A stretch of 64,000 nucleotides of DNA, from contig CM102285.1 in the NCBI GenBank assembly GCA_046563655.1, forward strand, positions 14,756,001 through 14,820,000, read 5' to 3'. The DNA is from Yuukianura sp. NJ FZ-2021. Taxonomy: Eukaryota. Position 1 is the stretch's first letter. Each line of letters starts with the position of its first letter. This document shows, in pieces, positions 25,166 to 39,341 of this stretch. The notes under the pieces are model-generated. The model was not told the origin of the DNA and ran no database searches. It worked only from the letters and a program-made list of their open reading frames with translations. A program made the translations under genes and the position numbers.

Positions 25166-25341
25166 CGCTAGAAACTACACGTGAGAAAATTACATGACCA
25201 GATGATATGTTTCCTAATTTAAACTAAACTAACGGATCTAGAGAGAACTGTACAGGGAGCCCTCCACTTCCGTCCTTCCGGGCAGACGGAATCCGTCCAT
25301 CATCCGGACAGAATCCGTCCATGGACGGATCCGTCCATGAG

Positions 25342-28300
25342 TCAGCGGTTGACCTTAGGAGCTGATCGATCGTTGACAGTTCTCGTGTGCTTCAACTTCG
25401 TTCCTCGCCGGATTTGATCCATGAGACTCTCCCTCACCAGTGCCGGATCGGCAATAGTTTTGGACGAGATCCACTGCCTCACACGCGATGCTGCGTCTTG
25501 ATGCTGATGCTTGCCAGTACTTTTAGACGAATGCTGATTATTGCCCACTGATGGAACCAATTTAGAAGCAAAACTTGTTTTCGTCACGGGATTGGTCGGG
25601 AGACTTCCTCTCCTGTCGGTCGGTGGACTGCTGACTCTCATTTGAGACAGTTTTGCATTCAGAGTCTGCACAAAAATTTCCTTTGAAGTGACCACTGGCG
25701 GCGGTGTTTTTGTTCCCAAAACTCGCTGCTGCACAAATGTCGCCGTAGTTTTGAGCAGTTCTTCTGAAAATCGTCTCGGGTGACGTGGACTGGACGTAGC
25801 ACTTTGAGATGAAGTCGGATGCTGGATTTGGATTACTTGATGGTACATGGACAGACTCTGTACATGTCCCTGGTCGCCATGGTGACTGTTGTTGTGCTGC
25901 TTCACTTGTCCAGGAGTACTGTTGCCATGGATACCAACATTGTTGCCATGGATACCAAGATTCGGTGACACCGTGGTCAGTTTGTCACTCAGCAGTTGAA
26001 TCAGACTGCCACGATCTTTAGACGCGTGGACAGACGTCGGCAAAACGTTTCTTTTCGATTGATTTTTGGGTGGACTCGGCTCATCTTCTGGATGTTTTAC
26101 AGATTTCCTAACCATGTTGGGACTCAGAGGCTGGTGATTTTTTTCCGTTAGTGTTTTGATTGTTTCTGCCACACTCATTCTTTTCAGCGCAGGATCGCTG
26201 GAATCCAGCATTCTTTTCAGTGCTGGATCGCTGGAATCCAGTAATCGCTGATCAGCGTGGCCCATGAGGTAGGACGGTGGTGGCGGGAGTTGTTCCATGG
26301 AGGCATGCGGTGTTGTCTCTCCACTGCTGTCGAATCGATGATACAAATTCGGAATTCCTCCGCCGTTATGCTGAGATTCTTGTGTTTTTTGGAGTCGTAG
26401 AGGAACGTTTGAGTAGATTGATTCGGAAAGTGACGGCGGACAGGTTCGTGTCGGAGAATTAGAATTAGAGACGGAAATGGACGAATTCCGACGGACAGGC
26501 GGAGGTGGCTTCTCACTTTGAGTCGAACCCTGACGACCAACGTAGGCATACACTGAAAAGAGAAAATTTTGAAAAATTTGAGTTAAAATTTTGGAAATTT
26601 TTAATTTCAAAGTAAAATACTTGGTGCATCGTCCAACTCAAGTGTCCTAGTAGCCAAACTATGGGGACGCTGTTGACCAAATGGGATTGACATGGTGACA
26701 AAGGGACAGTTCCCACGGTGGACACATCTTCTGGGCAAGGTGGAATGACCTTGACCCGAGGTCATGTCAAAACAGACACAAAGTGAGTCCAAACTCAAAG
26801 AAGCAATCCAATCTACAAAAATCAAAATAAAAAAAATCAATCAAAATCAAAAATAAAAAGAAACAAAAAATAAAAAATCCGCAAAAAGACATGAAAAGCG
26901 TTCCACTTTTAGGAAAACGAAAACCCCAACGCAAAAGTTTGTTAAGTTAAAAGCCCCAAATTTTGAGCAAAACAAAAACTAGTACATACAAAAAAAAGCT
27001 TTAAAAATAAAAATAAAACGTAAAATTACTTTTTGGAAAAAGTCTTCCCTCAACGTAATAAGACACCTCGAAACTTGAGTCCAAAAATCAGCGTTCCAAA
27101 TTTTCAGCAGATGGAAAATCATGCAAGTTTTAAAAAAAACTTTTGACGAGCAAAAAATAAATTAGAAGGCAAATCAAACGAAAAGTGAAGTCAGAAAAGT
27201 TTATTCCGTAAGTAAACAAAGCTTTTGGTCAAAGGCCAACCCAAGGTGAACAGCATTACACCTTGACCTTTGACCTCTACATGCGCTGCGCAATAATTTT
27301 AATTAATAGCACACGTTCCAAACTAATCAATTGGGAATGTTGCGGGAAAAGTACTGAAAGCAGCTCAACTAGAAACGGAAAAGCTGAACAGGAAAACGTG
27401 GAGAATTGTTGCTAAAGCTGTTAAAGAATATACTGGATGCTGCGTGATTAGATTGTTGGACAAACTTTAACCTAACCCTGAAAAAAAATATTTGCTACTT
27501 GCAAGCGATACTTGCAAAAGATACTTGTTAATTGCAAGAGTTACTTGACCAAAAACTACTTAAATACTTGCTCAGATCAACCGGTAGAATCAAAAAAGTT
27601 GACAACGGGATTTTTCAAAAAATCGGGACTTTTCAAAAAAATCGAAAAATCATAATCATTTGTGTAGAAAACTGAGGTAGGAGCTACATTAACTTAGAAA
27701 AGGCGTCGACTCGCATCTTTTGCAGCAAGAATTAAAGTCAACGCCATTTCCGACTAGTCAAGACGAAAAACTGTTTTTGCAAAAGTGACGAAAGTGTGGT
27801 CCCCAGCCAACAAAAAAAAGTGACTCAAGCACCAAAAGCCTCTAGACGATGTCCCTCTTCTTTGCCATGGCAACTCTATACTGCATAAGATTAGGCGGAG
27901 AAACCTGTGGAAGAGCATAGGAATGGCGTCTGGGGAGAGTCAAGGTCGAAGGTCGCTCGGCAACCTCCGAATGACCTTGAGAAACCAAATCATAAGTCCT
28001 CCTTTGTCCCAGTCCAGCAGCAGCCAACGTGGCACTGCCCAAGGGAAATGGCATGGAATTGCAATTCCAATTGCAGTTTCTACCTCCTTGGGAATGCTGG
28101 AAATGCTGCGAATGCTGGGAATGTTGGAAGTATTGTGAATGCTGTGGACGCAGAATGGCAGAGAGTCCTCCGCTATTGGTCTCTTCAGGGGGAAACGAGT
28201 CATTGAGGAGGGAAATCATGCTGTGGAGTTCGGAAGTGAACGGGTCACTATTGGTGCAAGTAGGAACGTAGCCTCTACCTTCGTTTTGTCTTGCGTCGCA

Positions 28301-31300
28301 AGTGACCGTGGTTCCACTGGACGTCGTCATGGTCGTGATGCCGGTGAGAGTGGACGAATTGGAATTGGATCCAGATCCAGAAGATCCAGAGGGCGGTCCA
28401 TACAAATTATACGCAAGTCCACTGTCTTCTCCGCTCCAACTTCGAGTGTGACTTGCGTAGTCACTGGGTTCGGTCTGTCCACTTGGAAATTCAATTCCAG
28501 CAACCTAAAATAAAAAATTGGCAAATTTTACAATTACTAGTTTACGAAAAAGTTGTCAAAGTACTTGTTTGGCAACAAAATATTTGAATTTGAGTTCAAA
28601 TCCCGGGTAGGCAAAAAAAAAAACTTTCAAAATTCGAAAAGTTTTTACCTTGGTGGAATGTTGCATGAGTTCTGGAGGAGGTGGCGGGAGTTCCGTGTGC
28701 TGTCGCTCGCTTGAACTTTGACGTTGCATCTTAGCAGACGCCATTTGATTCAGTTCGTGCATGTTGACGTAAACCGGTTGCGGCACAACTGGAAACAAAA
28801 ATTTTGAATTAAAAAACTTTCAATTTTGGAAAATTCCAACTTTCCTCATTTCATCAACTCGTTTTTGGATTTTTACTCATATCGGCCGATGGTTGGTTGA
28901 AATCGGGCAGAGACGGAACAGACGACAGAGTTCCACCAGTACTTTTTCTGTCTTCCTTGGACGCAGATCTTTCTGCCTTGGTTCTTGGCGGCGGTGGGCC
29001 CATGGGGGTGGGTTCCGGTTGCGGTCGTTCAAGCGACGAGCATCTTTTCGGCACTGGTGGCTTACTTTCTCTTTTTCCTCGCAGCATTCCGTAGATTTCT
29101 GAAGCATCCTGGTACACCGGACCTGAACAAACAATGAAAAGAAAGTGAAAAACTTTAAAAACAAACTACAAACCCTTGCTATTAGAAAAAATGAAAAGAA
29201 AGTTGAGTCAGAAGAAAAAAATACTGCCAGCATTTTTTGTAAAACTTTTAGTGACCTTGCTGTTGAGGTTGTTGGGAAGTGGGCGTAGTAGCTGGTGGCC
29301 TCGAATTCCCGCCTTCCGATGGTGGGTGGAAAGTGTAGACTGTCAAGGGTTGGCGTGGATGGCCTCTCTCGTAAGCTGAAAAAAAAAGTAAAGTTTAACA
29401 TCTCTGGACGCAGTTGGAGATCAATTAATTGAACTTTAAAAAAGCGGTTGAATCTGACCAGAGGAGATGGTGTGTGGTCGCTCATTCATGATGGCACAGG
29501 CAGCTCTCTCGAACTGAATGGAGTCCTGGAGATTGGGCCACGTCGTCATGGCAGTGGGTGGAGCTGAGCCATGCGGGTAAGGAGAAGAAGGCGTGCTGCA
29601 ATTGCTGCTTCCTGAACTCGTGTTGCTCCCCTCTGATTGATTACCAGCCTAAAAACCAAGAATACAAGAGGAACAATTAACATTGATATTCCATTAATTG
29701 GAGTCAATTGGTACCATGAGACAAAAGAGAAAGCATAAGAAGCAAATGCCGATTGATATAAGTACCTTCCTGGAGTGGTCAAAGGGAGTTACGGAGTGCC
29801 CTTTTGTACAAATGACATCTTGTGACATGAAGCCAGAGTCACCGGATGAGACACTGGAGTAGCAGGGAGGAGCTGCAGGGCGATGAAGCAACTGGGCCAT
29901 CGGCTAAACAACAAAACAGTCAACAAAAATAGAACAAAAACAAAATCATAAAAACTGAGAGAAAGAAGCAGAAAATAGGCCAACATGACTCTGAGGTCAG
30001 ATTTTCTGCAAAAGTCGCAAGCACTACTGGCAAGTATTTTCCTCTTTCAGAAAATGCTGACTGAAATACTGGCAGTATTATACTGCCAGTATGGTCTTTA
30101 CCTGGTTGAGGACAGTACGATTGTGGATGTTGTGTGTTGGCGAATGGGCGGAGCCACTGGAAGAGCTGTTTGCAGATGAAATGGAACACATTGAGGATTT
30201 CCTGGATCCAAGAGAACTTGGGCTGCTCGGCGGAGTCTGGAAACTCCACGTTCCACTGTCACATGACCCCTTCAAATCTTGAATCACCTTCAAAAACAAA
30301 AAGTTAAAGTAAAATTTTGAACTTTTTCAAAAATTTTAAAGTAAAATCTAAAATTTTGAAATTTTCAAGTGCGGAGTTTACCTGTTCACTGGCAGCAGGG
30401 AGGCTGAATGGTTCCACGGCATGTTTCTCCAACTGATGCATCGCTTCTTGGACGTGTGTCAACTCCGATAGCATCGAAACCTCGTCTTCCTAAAAATACA
30501 AAAGAGTCATGTCAACTTTTGGTACTTCCGGAACTAACATGTCCATTTTTTTTAAAACTTGTCACTCACCACGACTGGTTTGAGATAGGACACGAAGAGA
30601 CAGAATCGACTTCTTTCTTCCACCAAGGCCGTGCGGATGGCAGTCTTTTCAGCGTCTTCAAAGGCCTGTTTCTTCTCTGCCGTCTCCCGGAGAGCAGCTT
30701 CCAGAACTTTCTGCATTTCTCGATTCCCGGCCAGACCAAATCCATCTCCACTGGAGGTCATGTTGCCGTGACCTCCTCCACCACTAGCCCTCGGAAGTGT
30801 CCCACCAGAAAATGAACTGGAAAGGGCTCCATTGTGACCACCAAAAGTTCCTTTGCGTACTTTTTTCTGAAGGCGAAGGGTGTCGACAGACCGCTTCTTC
30901 AGTTCTGCTCTGGCTTTCTTGTACTCTGAAAACAAAAATGAGAAATGTAAATTCCACTTTTTGATTCCAAACTAAATCAAGGTCAAGGTCAAAATGTCAA
31001 AGGTCAAGGTACCAAGGTCAATTTGTCAAAGGTTACCTTTAGCATGTTCTTTGTCGAGATGAGCTGTGCATTTTTTCCACTCTTCCAGTTTTTCTTGCAA
31101 CGGAATTATGAGGCAATCCAGTATGGAACTAAAAACAAAAATATTCAGAATGTCAACATTTTTTTTAACAGTCATCCGGCTATGTCATCCAGAAGTTGTG
31201 CTCAATTGTCAATAAATTTCTTACTTTGTAAAAGTTTTTAGTTTGGCCTCTATCGCTTTATGCCTGAGGCAAAGTCTGGTAAGAGAAGTCCCGATATCTT

Positions 31301-32496
31301 TTGTTGCTCCTGTAAACAAAAACAACAAAAAAAGTAAGCAACCTGTCGTCATCTCTTAAGTTCCCGCCCTCCCATGTCACATCACACTTCAAAACACGGG
31401 AAGTTTATGGTTTCATATGAAGAAAATCTTGAACGTCAAGTTCAATTTCGGAAACATGAGCATTGTACTATATGAGTCCCGTATGCCATATCTTTTCTGG
31501 ATGAATAGAGAGGGTGGGTTGTCAGAATGCCCGTTTTTCCCGAAATAGTAGTTGACAACAACCATTGCACTTTCCAGAGCTATCGGATTCCCCCGAATTT
31601 AGAGAAAAAGGGAAAGAATGAAGGTTAGGGAGGGAGAAGAGAAGGTTAGAGTTGGTGCATTTGGAAATGGCATAGCCTTAGCCACCCCATGCTACGCCTA
31701 AAATAGAAAGACAAGGGTCGATCGATGCACAAAACACTTCAAACTTCTCTCCTGGCACCCAAACAGACTTTGAAGAAAAAAACCGAACTTTGCTCGAGTG
31801 CCAAGAAAACAAACGAAGCGATGCTAGGGCCTCTTTCTAAAACGGAATGCTGTCAAAAGATGATATATGAAATCCATTCATAACAATTACACCTTACACG
31901 TGGTTCATCACAACTAATGAGATTTATATGGTAGGTCTAGTATGACTGTCAAACTTTTGATTGATTGGAGTGACGAAACGAAAACGTTGGTCAAGAATCT
32001 CCAAACGTTAAAGGTTACACGCGACTGACCTTTTGCTGCTGTAGCTGCGTCGGCTATCTTCTGAAAGGCATCTAGGAAGGCGCTCACTGCCTGAATCGTG
32101 GCTCTGCAACAAAAGAAACACCTCTTAATGATCTGTCAGTTAGTTACATTCTTACATTAAGTCAAAATTATAAATCAAGGTCAGCAATTGATTAGCAGTT
32201 AGAGTTAACACTTAACTTTGAAGGTTAAGTTCTTACCGGAGACAGGCGTGAAGTTTAGTAGACTTGGTAGTTAGATCCTCCCACAGAGGTGACGAATTCT
32301 GGAAGAGTGAATGATTTCATTTATTGTTGCAATTAAGGCCTTGGACATGGACAGTGTCCCAGTTAACGAATACAGTGAAGTTATATTCCAGTGAACTATG
32401 ACCTATGACATTGTTTACCTTCATTTCATTGAGGATTTGCTGAAAGAGTCCTCCGAATGCGGATGCATCCCTCTCCAAGTCCTTTGGAGTCTCCAT
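25342..32496 (-). CDS. mim: Missing-in-metastasis (MIM/MTSS1): N-terminal IMD/I-BAR, C-terminal WH2; many exons
   Basis: ERDASAFGGLFQQILNEMK, AFLDAFQKIADAAT, EYKKARAELKKRS, ALVEERSRFCLFV and SSGDSGFMSQD, ending in WH2 SLMDQIRRGTKLKHTRTVNDRSAPK. Confidence 0.93.
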
Positions 32497-32835
32497 GGGA
32501 CTGGACCATATGTGAGAGTCCAAGGATTCAGAAGGACGTTCCACTCGACAGCACTGACGTTGATGACCGTGTGACTTCTACTGCGTGACACTGACACAGT
32601 TCCTAATGTTTGGTTTCCAGTGACACAATGATGGCGACTGGAAGTGGGCACTGGAGAGTGGGACATACGTGACTCCAAGGACAACGAATACAGACTAAAA
32701 GACGGAAGAGGGGAGAATCCCGTTTCCTCACTCCCATACAACAAATCCAGTCTCTGCAGTGTGGACATACACTACCAAACCAAGGCTTATAGATTTTGTG
32801 AATTAATAATTGCGTGCATATTGTTACATATATAA

Positions 32836-32972
32836 ATACCTAAAATTTCTTCTTGATGAAATCTGAGTCTCAGGAATACCTCAAATTTCCTCTTGATGAA
32901 ATCTGCCTGTCTCAGGAATACCTAAAATTTGTTCTGTCACAGGGATATCTTAAATTTTTCTTGATGAAATCT
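32836..32972. repeat. Short tandem repeat, ~3 copies of a ~40-bp unit
   Basis: AATACCT.AAATTTC.TCTTGATGAAATCT repeated. Confidence 0.7.
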
Positions 32973-33883
32973 TGCTAATACATAAGTCATAATTGTAGGA
33001 GAAACTTTTCTGCCCAACCTCTATATAGTTACGACGTTATTGCGTCACAATTAAACTTTAGCATTTGAGAAGAATCGCCTTCTCTGTTTTTAAAGTTTTA
33101 TTTGTTCATAAAAAGTATAGTTTTGAATTTCTAGCACATGTACACTACTTATAAATCATAATTAAATATTATATAATTTATTCACTAGAATTTAAAAATA
33201 TCTTAAGCGGGAATGAATCGGGAGGGAGGGAATTTTTCGTTCGTTCTCGGTTGGCTAGTTGGGCGGTAATGAAAACCCCACTCCCGGTTCCATGTCTGGT
33301 TAGCGTGACAATGTATGACTGTACGGCACAAACTGTAGAAGGGGAGGTGAGGGTTTATGGGCGCCACAGTGGCTGGTTTCTTTTGCTTACTATCTCCTCC
33401 CCCATCATCGGTTCCTTCAGCAGACACTCATACACTCACTATCATCTTTGTCGCAACTAAAAATGGGCAAACCTTCAATTTCTAATTTATGCCTTTTTTT
33501 TTTGCTTAGTTTTTGTGATTTGACTTTTTTAAGTTTTCGAAATAAATTCCTTTATGTATTAATTTATATAAATTTGCTTTGTGTATAGTTCCTATTTATT
33601 CCTGGCAGTTGTTAGCACAAGTGTTTCTCTGATTTGCGGAAAGCCCTATCTTCAGTTTCCCTTGTTTTCTTTGAATTAGACGCCCCAGCTGTTTTTGGGG
33701 CAGATTGAGACTAGGCGGGAAACTTTTTTGAATGGGACATCAAATAAAAAAAACATGTGAGACATAAACATGAAACAGAAATTAAAATTTTTTTTGTTCA
33801 ATTCAATCAAATAGAATAGAAGCAGTTGATTACTTAGTTACTAATTGCAAGTTAAAAAAATACAATTAGTTGGAGAAGAGACG

Positions 33884-36677
33884 ATGAAGCGACATGAGGA
33901 TAGTAGCGGTGGAATAGCAGCAATTAAACCCCAATACGTTCTTCCGGTTGTTGTCGCCAAGGTGTCAGAAACGAGTGGATTGTCAGACTCCGAAGCAGTG
34001 TCGGCCGCTAAGAGATTAAAAGTTGACGTAGAAGTACCGGATAGTAAGTCAAACGGAAACAATGGAATTCCGCCAACAGATCAACAGGTCGAGGAACATG
34101 GGTTGAACCCCAATGTCCGCGAAAAGTCTCGGAAAAAGGAGAAGAGAGGTGCCATCGCATTCCGATTAGTAGTTCATTCTAAAAAACGTTATGAATATAA
34201 TGTAATGTTTTGGTTCTTTCTGGTTCAGGTCAAAACAAAAATCGTGATCGACCTATGAAGATTGAAAAGTTGACGGAAGAGCAGCGGTTGTGCATTAGCA
34301 GGATAGACGGGACTACTGGAGATCCGTGTCCAAACCTCGACAGTTGTCGTTTCATTCACGACGTAGAACAATATCTAAGTAAAAAGCACGACAATTTCAA
34401 TCCCAATCTCTTGTGTTTTTTTTTATTACAAAACGTTTTCTCTTGTTTTTAGCTTTGCCTACCACTATTCGCTCCAAGATCGACACAGAATGCTACAACT
34501 ACCGAACATTTGGAAAATGCATTCGGGGCCTCACTTGTCTCTTTTCCAACTCCCACACTGATGCTGACAATAAGAACATGGTAAATGACAAACGGTGGGA
34601 TCAGATGAAGCCTGTCTTTGAGTCGACACATGGAAATATTTTAGATCGAGACACTCAGAGATTATTGCGTACTCGGAAGCTTGACTTTGGCCCAATCAAC
34701 ACCTTGTGCAATAAAGTAGAAGCGTCTATCAGGAAGAGGAAGGAGAACATGTCTGCTGGATTCAAATTCTCTGGCCCACTTACTGACGAAGATCAAATTC
34801 CTTTGCGTCCGGAAGAAATTAGGAAGATTGACTGGCAAGATAAGTTGTACCTGTCTCCGCTCACAACTGTCGGAAACTTACCATTTCGAAGAATCTGCGT
34901 CGACTTTGGGGTGAGCATTAACTTTTTTGAAATCTAGAAAGATACATCGTGTATCTCCATTCGGATTTTTAGTTTTTATTGATACTGACTGATCTTTGTG
35001 CTACATTAGGCCGATATAACATGTTCTGAGATGACCTTAGCAACTTCAATTTTACAAGGACGTAAGTATTTTAATAGTTTTAAATTAAAAGTTGGCGGAA
35101 TTGTCAAACGAATTCCTATTTTCTGCAGAAACCCACGAGTTTGCCCTGAATCGTCGTCAGTAAGTTGGAATTAAGTCAAACCTTAAGTTTTTCCGAAAAC
35201 AAAAGTTTTATTTTTAAACTTGTTTCATTTCAGTCCGTCTGAGAAGATTTGGGGTGTGCAACTGTGTGCAAACAATGCCAACTTGGCAGCCAAGGCCTGT
35301 CACGTTCTGGACACTGTGGGGGTTGACTTTGATTTTGTGGATTTGAACATGGGATGTCCATTGGACGCCATCTTTGCTCAGGTAAGGTCACAATTTAATT
35401 TTTTTTTGTTGAGAACTTAGGATTGGACTGGAACTGGAGTAATCGTGGGATTTTGTTTGCTAGGGAGCTGGAAGTGGACTCATGACTCGGCCGGTAAAAT
35501 TCTGAACTTGATTTTGTTCTTTTTTAAAGTAAGTTTTGATTTTTATAAAGTTTTTAATGTTGTTGTTTTTAGAACAAAGTTGAAGTGATGGCGAAGACAA
35601 TGTCGTTGGTGCTGGGGAGCAAACAGAAGCCATTTACTATGAAGATGAGAGCTGGAGTCAAAATGGACAAGTACATTGCTCATGACCTCATCAGAGTCTG
35701 CAGAGACTCGGGAGTTTCAGCAGTCACAGTAAGTTTCAATAGTTCGCAGCAGTTTCCAGTGTGTCCAGTTTGAGTTGAATGTCAATGACATTTCATTTGT
35801 GATGTGTTTAGCTTCATGGAAGAACTCGAGAGCAGCGATACACAAAAACTGCGAATTGGGACTACATTGGAGAATGCGTGGAAATAGCTGCTCCAATGCC
35901 TGTGTTTGGGAATGGAGATGTGTTGTCGTGGGAAGAGTATGCAGCAAAGAAGAAGCAGTCGAATGTGGCTGGAGTGATGGTGGGACGTGGGGCTTTGATG
36001 AAACCGTGGATCTTCCAGGAAATCAAGGAACAGCAAACCATTGACATGACCTCCAGCCAACGACTAGAAATCATTCAGCGCTACTGCAACTATGGACTGG
36101 ACCACTGGGGAAGCGGTAACTAAAAAAAATTTTACTATAGCTACTTTTCAAAAAAAGCTACTTTATGATTTGACTTTGTCTGTCTGTCTGTCCGTTTTTC
36201 TAATCCAATGTTTGTTTGTTTTTTAAGATTTTCAAGGTGTGCAGACTTGTCGCCGATTTCTGCTGGAGTGGCTTTCGTTTCTTTACCGTTACATTCCAGT
36301 TGGAATTTTGGAAGAACCTCCACAACGAATGAATCATAGACCGCCTAAGTACATCGGCCGAGATCCAATGGAAACGCTTTTAGGTACAAGATAATCTTTT
36401 TAAAAAAATAATTCAATTTCTGATTTTTTTTACACCTTTTTGTTGACTTTAACTTTTTTTTTAACTACTTTTTTATGTTTTTGTTTTTAGGCAGTGCACT
36501 TGCCGACGACTGGGTGAAAATTAGGTAAGCAACGCTAATTATGCATCACTTTTTTTTTAAAAGAATTTAGAAATGATAAAGAATTTTAATTTCGTTTTCA
36601 GCGAAATGTTTCTCGGACGAGTTCCGGACAGTTTCGCATTTCTGCCAAAGCACAAAGCCAACTCCTGGTCGCAGTAA
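33884..36677 (+). CDS. DUS3L: tRNA-dihydrouridine(47) synthase DUS3L, many small exons
   Basis: Two CCCH fingers, [31 protein letters not shown] (catalytic Cys), [27 protein letters not shown] and the terminal [10 protein letters not shown]. Confidence 0.95.
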
Positions 36678-36838
36678 CTTAGGGAAATGGCTAAGTGGCT
36701 GGAAAAGTTTTAATCGAGTGACATCTTGGAAAGTACTGGCAGTACATTTTTGGAAAGTACTGTTTAGGACAGTACTTTTTGGGAAGTATTTCTTAGACTA
36801 AAGTGTTTAATAAATACGTTGCTCAGATCTTCATTTTT

Positions 36839-38345
36839 TCATCGCCACTCCCAGACTGGCTGGCATCTTCCGACGATGTTGACGTAGCTGCCAGGTCTGC
36901 ACCGGACTTGCCTTACTGGAGAAATGATTCTGGGTGCTGGAGCTAATCGCTGAATTCCGCATCTCGGAACCAATTCATCTACGTGGAAGTGAACAGTATC
37001 TTCTGGATGCTGGCAGTATTTTGATGGTTGGTTTAAAGGAACGCAGGGGCCAGTACCGTTGATTGGCACTTCTACAAGTTCAGTCAGCAGTTTGCTTCTG
37101 CGTGAACTCGACTTTTGGCAAATCCGTTTCTGGCACTCGGCGTCTCCTCGCTCGTTAAACACCAGCCACTCTTTTGTGTCACAGTAAGCCTAAAATACAA
37201 GAATTAGTTAATTACTTTTGTTAATTAACTTTGTGATTAATTAATTACTTTTTGGTAGATAAAGTAGCAAGAGTTCGTTTCTGCATGGAAGACGAGCGGA
37301 GTTCTGGAGAGAGTAAAGTCACATTCACAGTAGCCATACAAGGTGCTGTTGTCGACGAACGGATCGTATCGGAAAACCATGTTCGCACCACAGTGGGCTT
37401 TGTCACCCACTTTGGCACATTTGTTCACACTTCGATCGAAAAGTAACTGCTGACGTCCACGACCTGTTCCTGGACACAGTTCTTGTCTGAAACGAAACAA
37501 AAACGTTCTGTACAACAAGCAAAACCTTTCTGGACAAGAAAAATCATTCTGGACAAGAAACAAAAGCTCTGGACAAGCACCGGAAAAGTTCTGCACAAGA
37601 AACAAAAACTTTCTGGACAAAAAAAAATGGTTTTTGTCAAAAAGCAAAAAGTTTCTGGACAAGAAAATGGTTGTGGACAAAAAGCAAAAAGTTTCTGGAC
37701 AAAAAGCAAAAGTTTCTGGACAAGAAAAATGGTCCTGGACAAATTACAAAAACTTTTCTGTTATGGACAAAAATCCGCGGACAAAAAGTGTTCCACTTAC
37801 CTCCGTTTTGCGTCTTCTTCCACTTCGTCGGAGTATTCGTCCAGGAACTCTATTTCCTCGGACTGTGTGTAGTCGATTCTGATTGGTGCGTCGTTGCCTT
37901 TACTTTGTCTTGGTGACACCAGATTCTGCACCATCAAATCTTTAGCAGGATGTGGTGCTCTGGTGGGTGCTGAGAAGAGGACATGTTGGTGACCAAAAAT
38001 TATCGTAGTGTTGCCATGTTTGGCCAGAACGGTGTCGTTTGGCGTCTGCGCAGTAGATTCCTGTAGCTTCTGCGTAGTAGAATCCTGTTGGCTTATTGGC
38101 TTCTGCACAGTAGATTCCTGTTGGCTTGGCTTCTGCACAGCAGATTCCTGTAGCTTCTGCTCAGTAGAATCCTGTTGCATCTGTGCAGTAGAACCCTGTT
38201 GCATCTGTGCAGTAGAATCCTGTTGCATCTGCGCAGTAGATTCCTGTTGGTTTGATGCATTAGTGGGGAAGGGTCTGACGAATCCTGTGAAAAGGAGGAA
38301 GCTGAAGCACAGTAGAGTGATAACCCCTGTTGCTCTGTGGTCCAT
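36839..38345 (-). CDS. Secreted Cys-rich protein, DUF4789-like, with 8-aa QQDSTAQM repeats (3 exons)
   Basis: Signal peptide MDHRATGVITLLCFSFLLFTGFVRP and 24-bp coding repeats. CECD...LVFHAETNSCYFIYQKAYC..EWLV resembles the arthropod DUF4789 pattern. C-terminal CRPGS...GRCQ. Confidence 0.7.
37500..37790. repeat. Intronic minisatellite of (AAAAG)TTTCTGGACAA(G) units
   Basis: About a dozen degenerate TCTGGACAA cores separated by A-tracts fill the intron. Confidence 0.85.
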
Positions 38346-39341
38346 TTTGATTAAAATTGCAATGTAGGTCACTTAAGTTGGAGGAAGTTGCTAAAAACTT
38401 GTTAAAAAGTTGTGTTAAAAAGTGGATGTGCTTAGGTCAGAGTGACTTATGGAACTGGAGGATTTGAGAGGAGGGTGAGAGTGTTAAATATTTGGTGGTC
38501 CAAGAGGGTGTCCATGGACTCCAAAAGTACTTGGACACTATGACAAGATGACTAAAACTTAAATTAGCAACTTATTTACTTGTGACATCTTAGGAATCCA
38601 CTCTTAAGTGGGGAATTCTCAAAGGTGTGAAGTGGGAGGGGGGCAAACGATTTGTGTACCCTTGCACTTCAAATGTAATTTTTGCAATTTTTGTAATTTT
38701 CGTCTGCGTCAACTCAAATCCGGTAGCCCTTGACTCCATTTTATGTCGTCAGCAACTTCCAAGATGCAAGAAATTCCTCAGGAATTCAGGAATTGCATCC
38801 TTGAGAGTAGTTTTGACTGAGGTCAGCTAGAGGTCAAACTTTCTACTTTTAGTAAAATCACTTTTAGTTTGGCATCTTTTGAATGAGAGTGAGATCATCA
38901 TTTTCTGTTGGTCCACTTCCACTTCTAAGCGTCTTCATGGAGAAACTGATTTGGAAATTCCGTGACCTCGTCCATGACTTCCGTCCTACTTTCGTCCACA
39001 TCCGTCTTTTTCAGAAAGACGTCTCATGAATCACCAAGGACAGGTCAGAGGTCACAGGAATTTGAGTTAGTCCAAGGAAAAGTAAAAATGCAGCCTATAA
39101 TTCATAAAGTAGTTTTATAATTTTTATAAATTACTAATTTATAGTTTTCATAATTACTAATTTTCATAATTGCTAATTTATAATTTCCATAATTACTTTG
39201 CATAATTTCCATAATTTTTATAACTGTTTGTAGGGTTAGTCCAAGGAAATTTTTTCAAAAGTAAACAATTTATTACCTAATTTTTATAATTAAGTACTAA
39301 TTTATAATTTTTATAATTTGTATAATTATTATAATTTATAA

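Noticed and set aside
37425..37916. Overlapping Lys/Phe-rich ORFs
   Set aside because: They arise from the intronic TCTGGACAA minisatellite.
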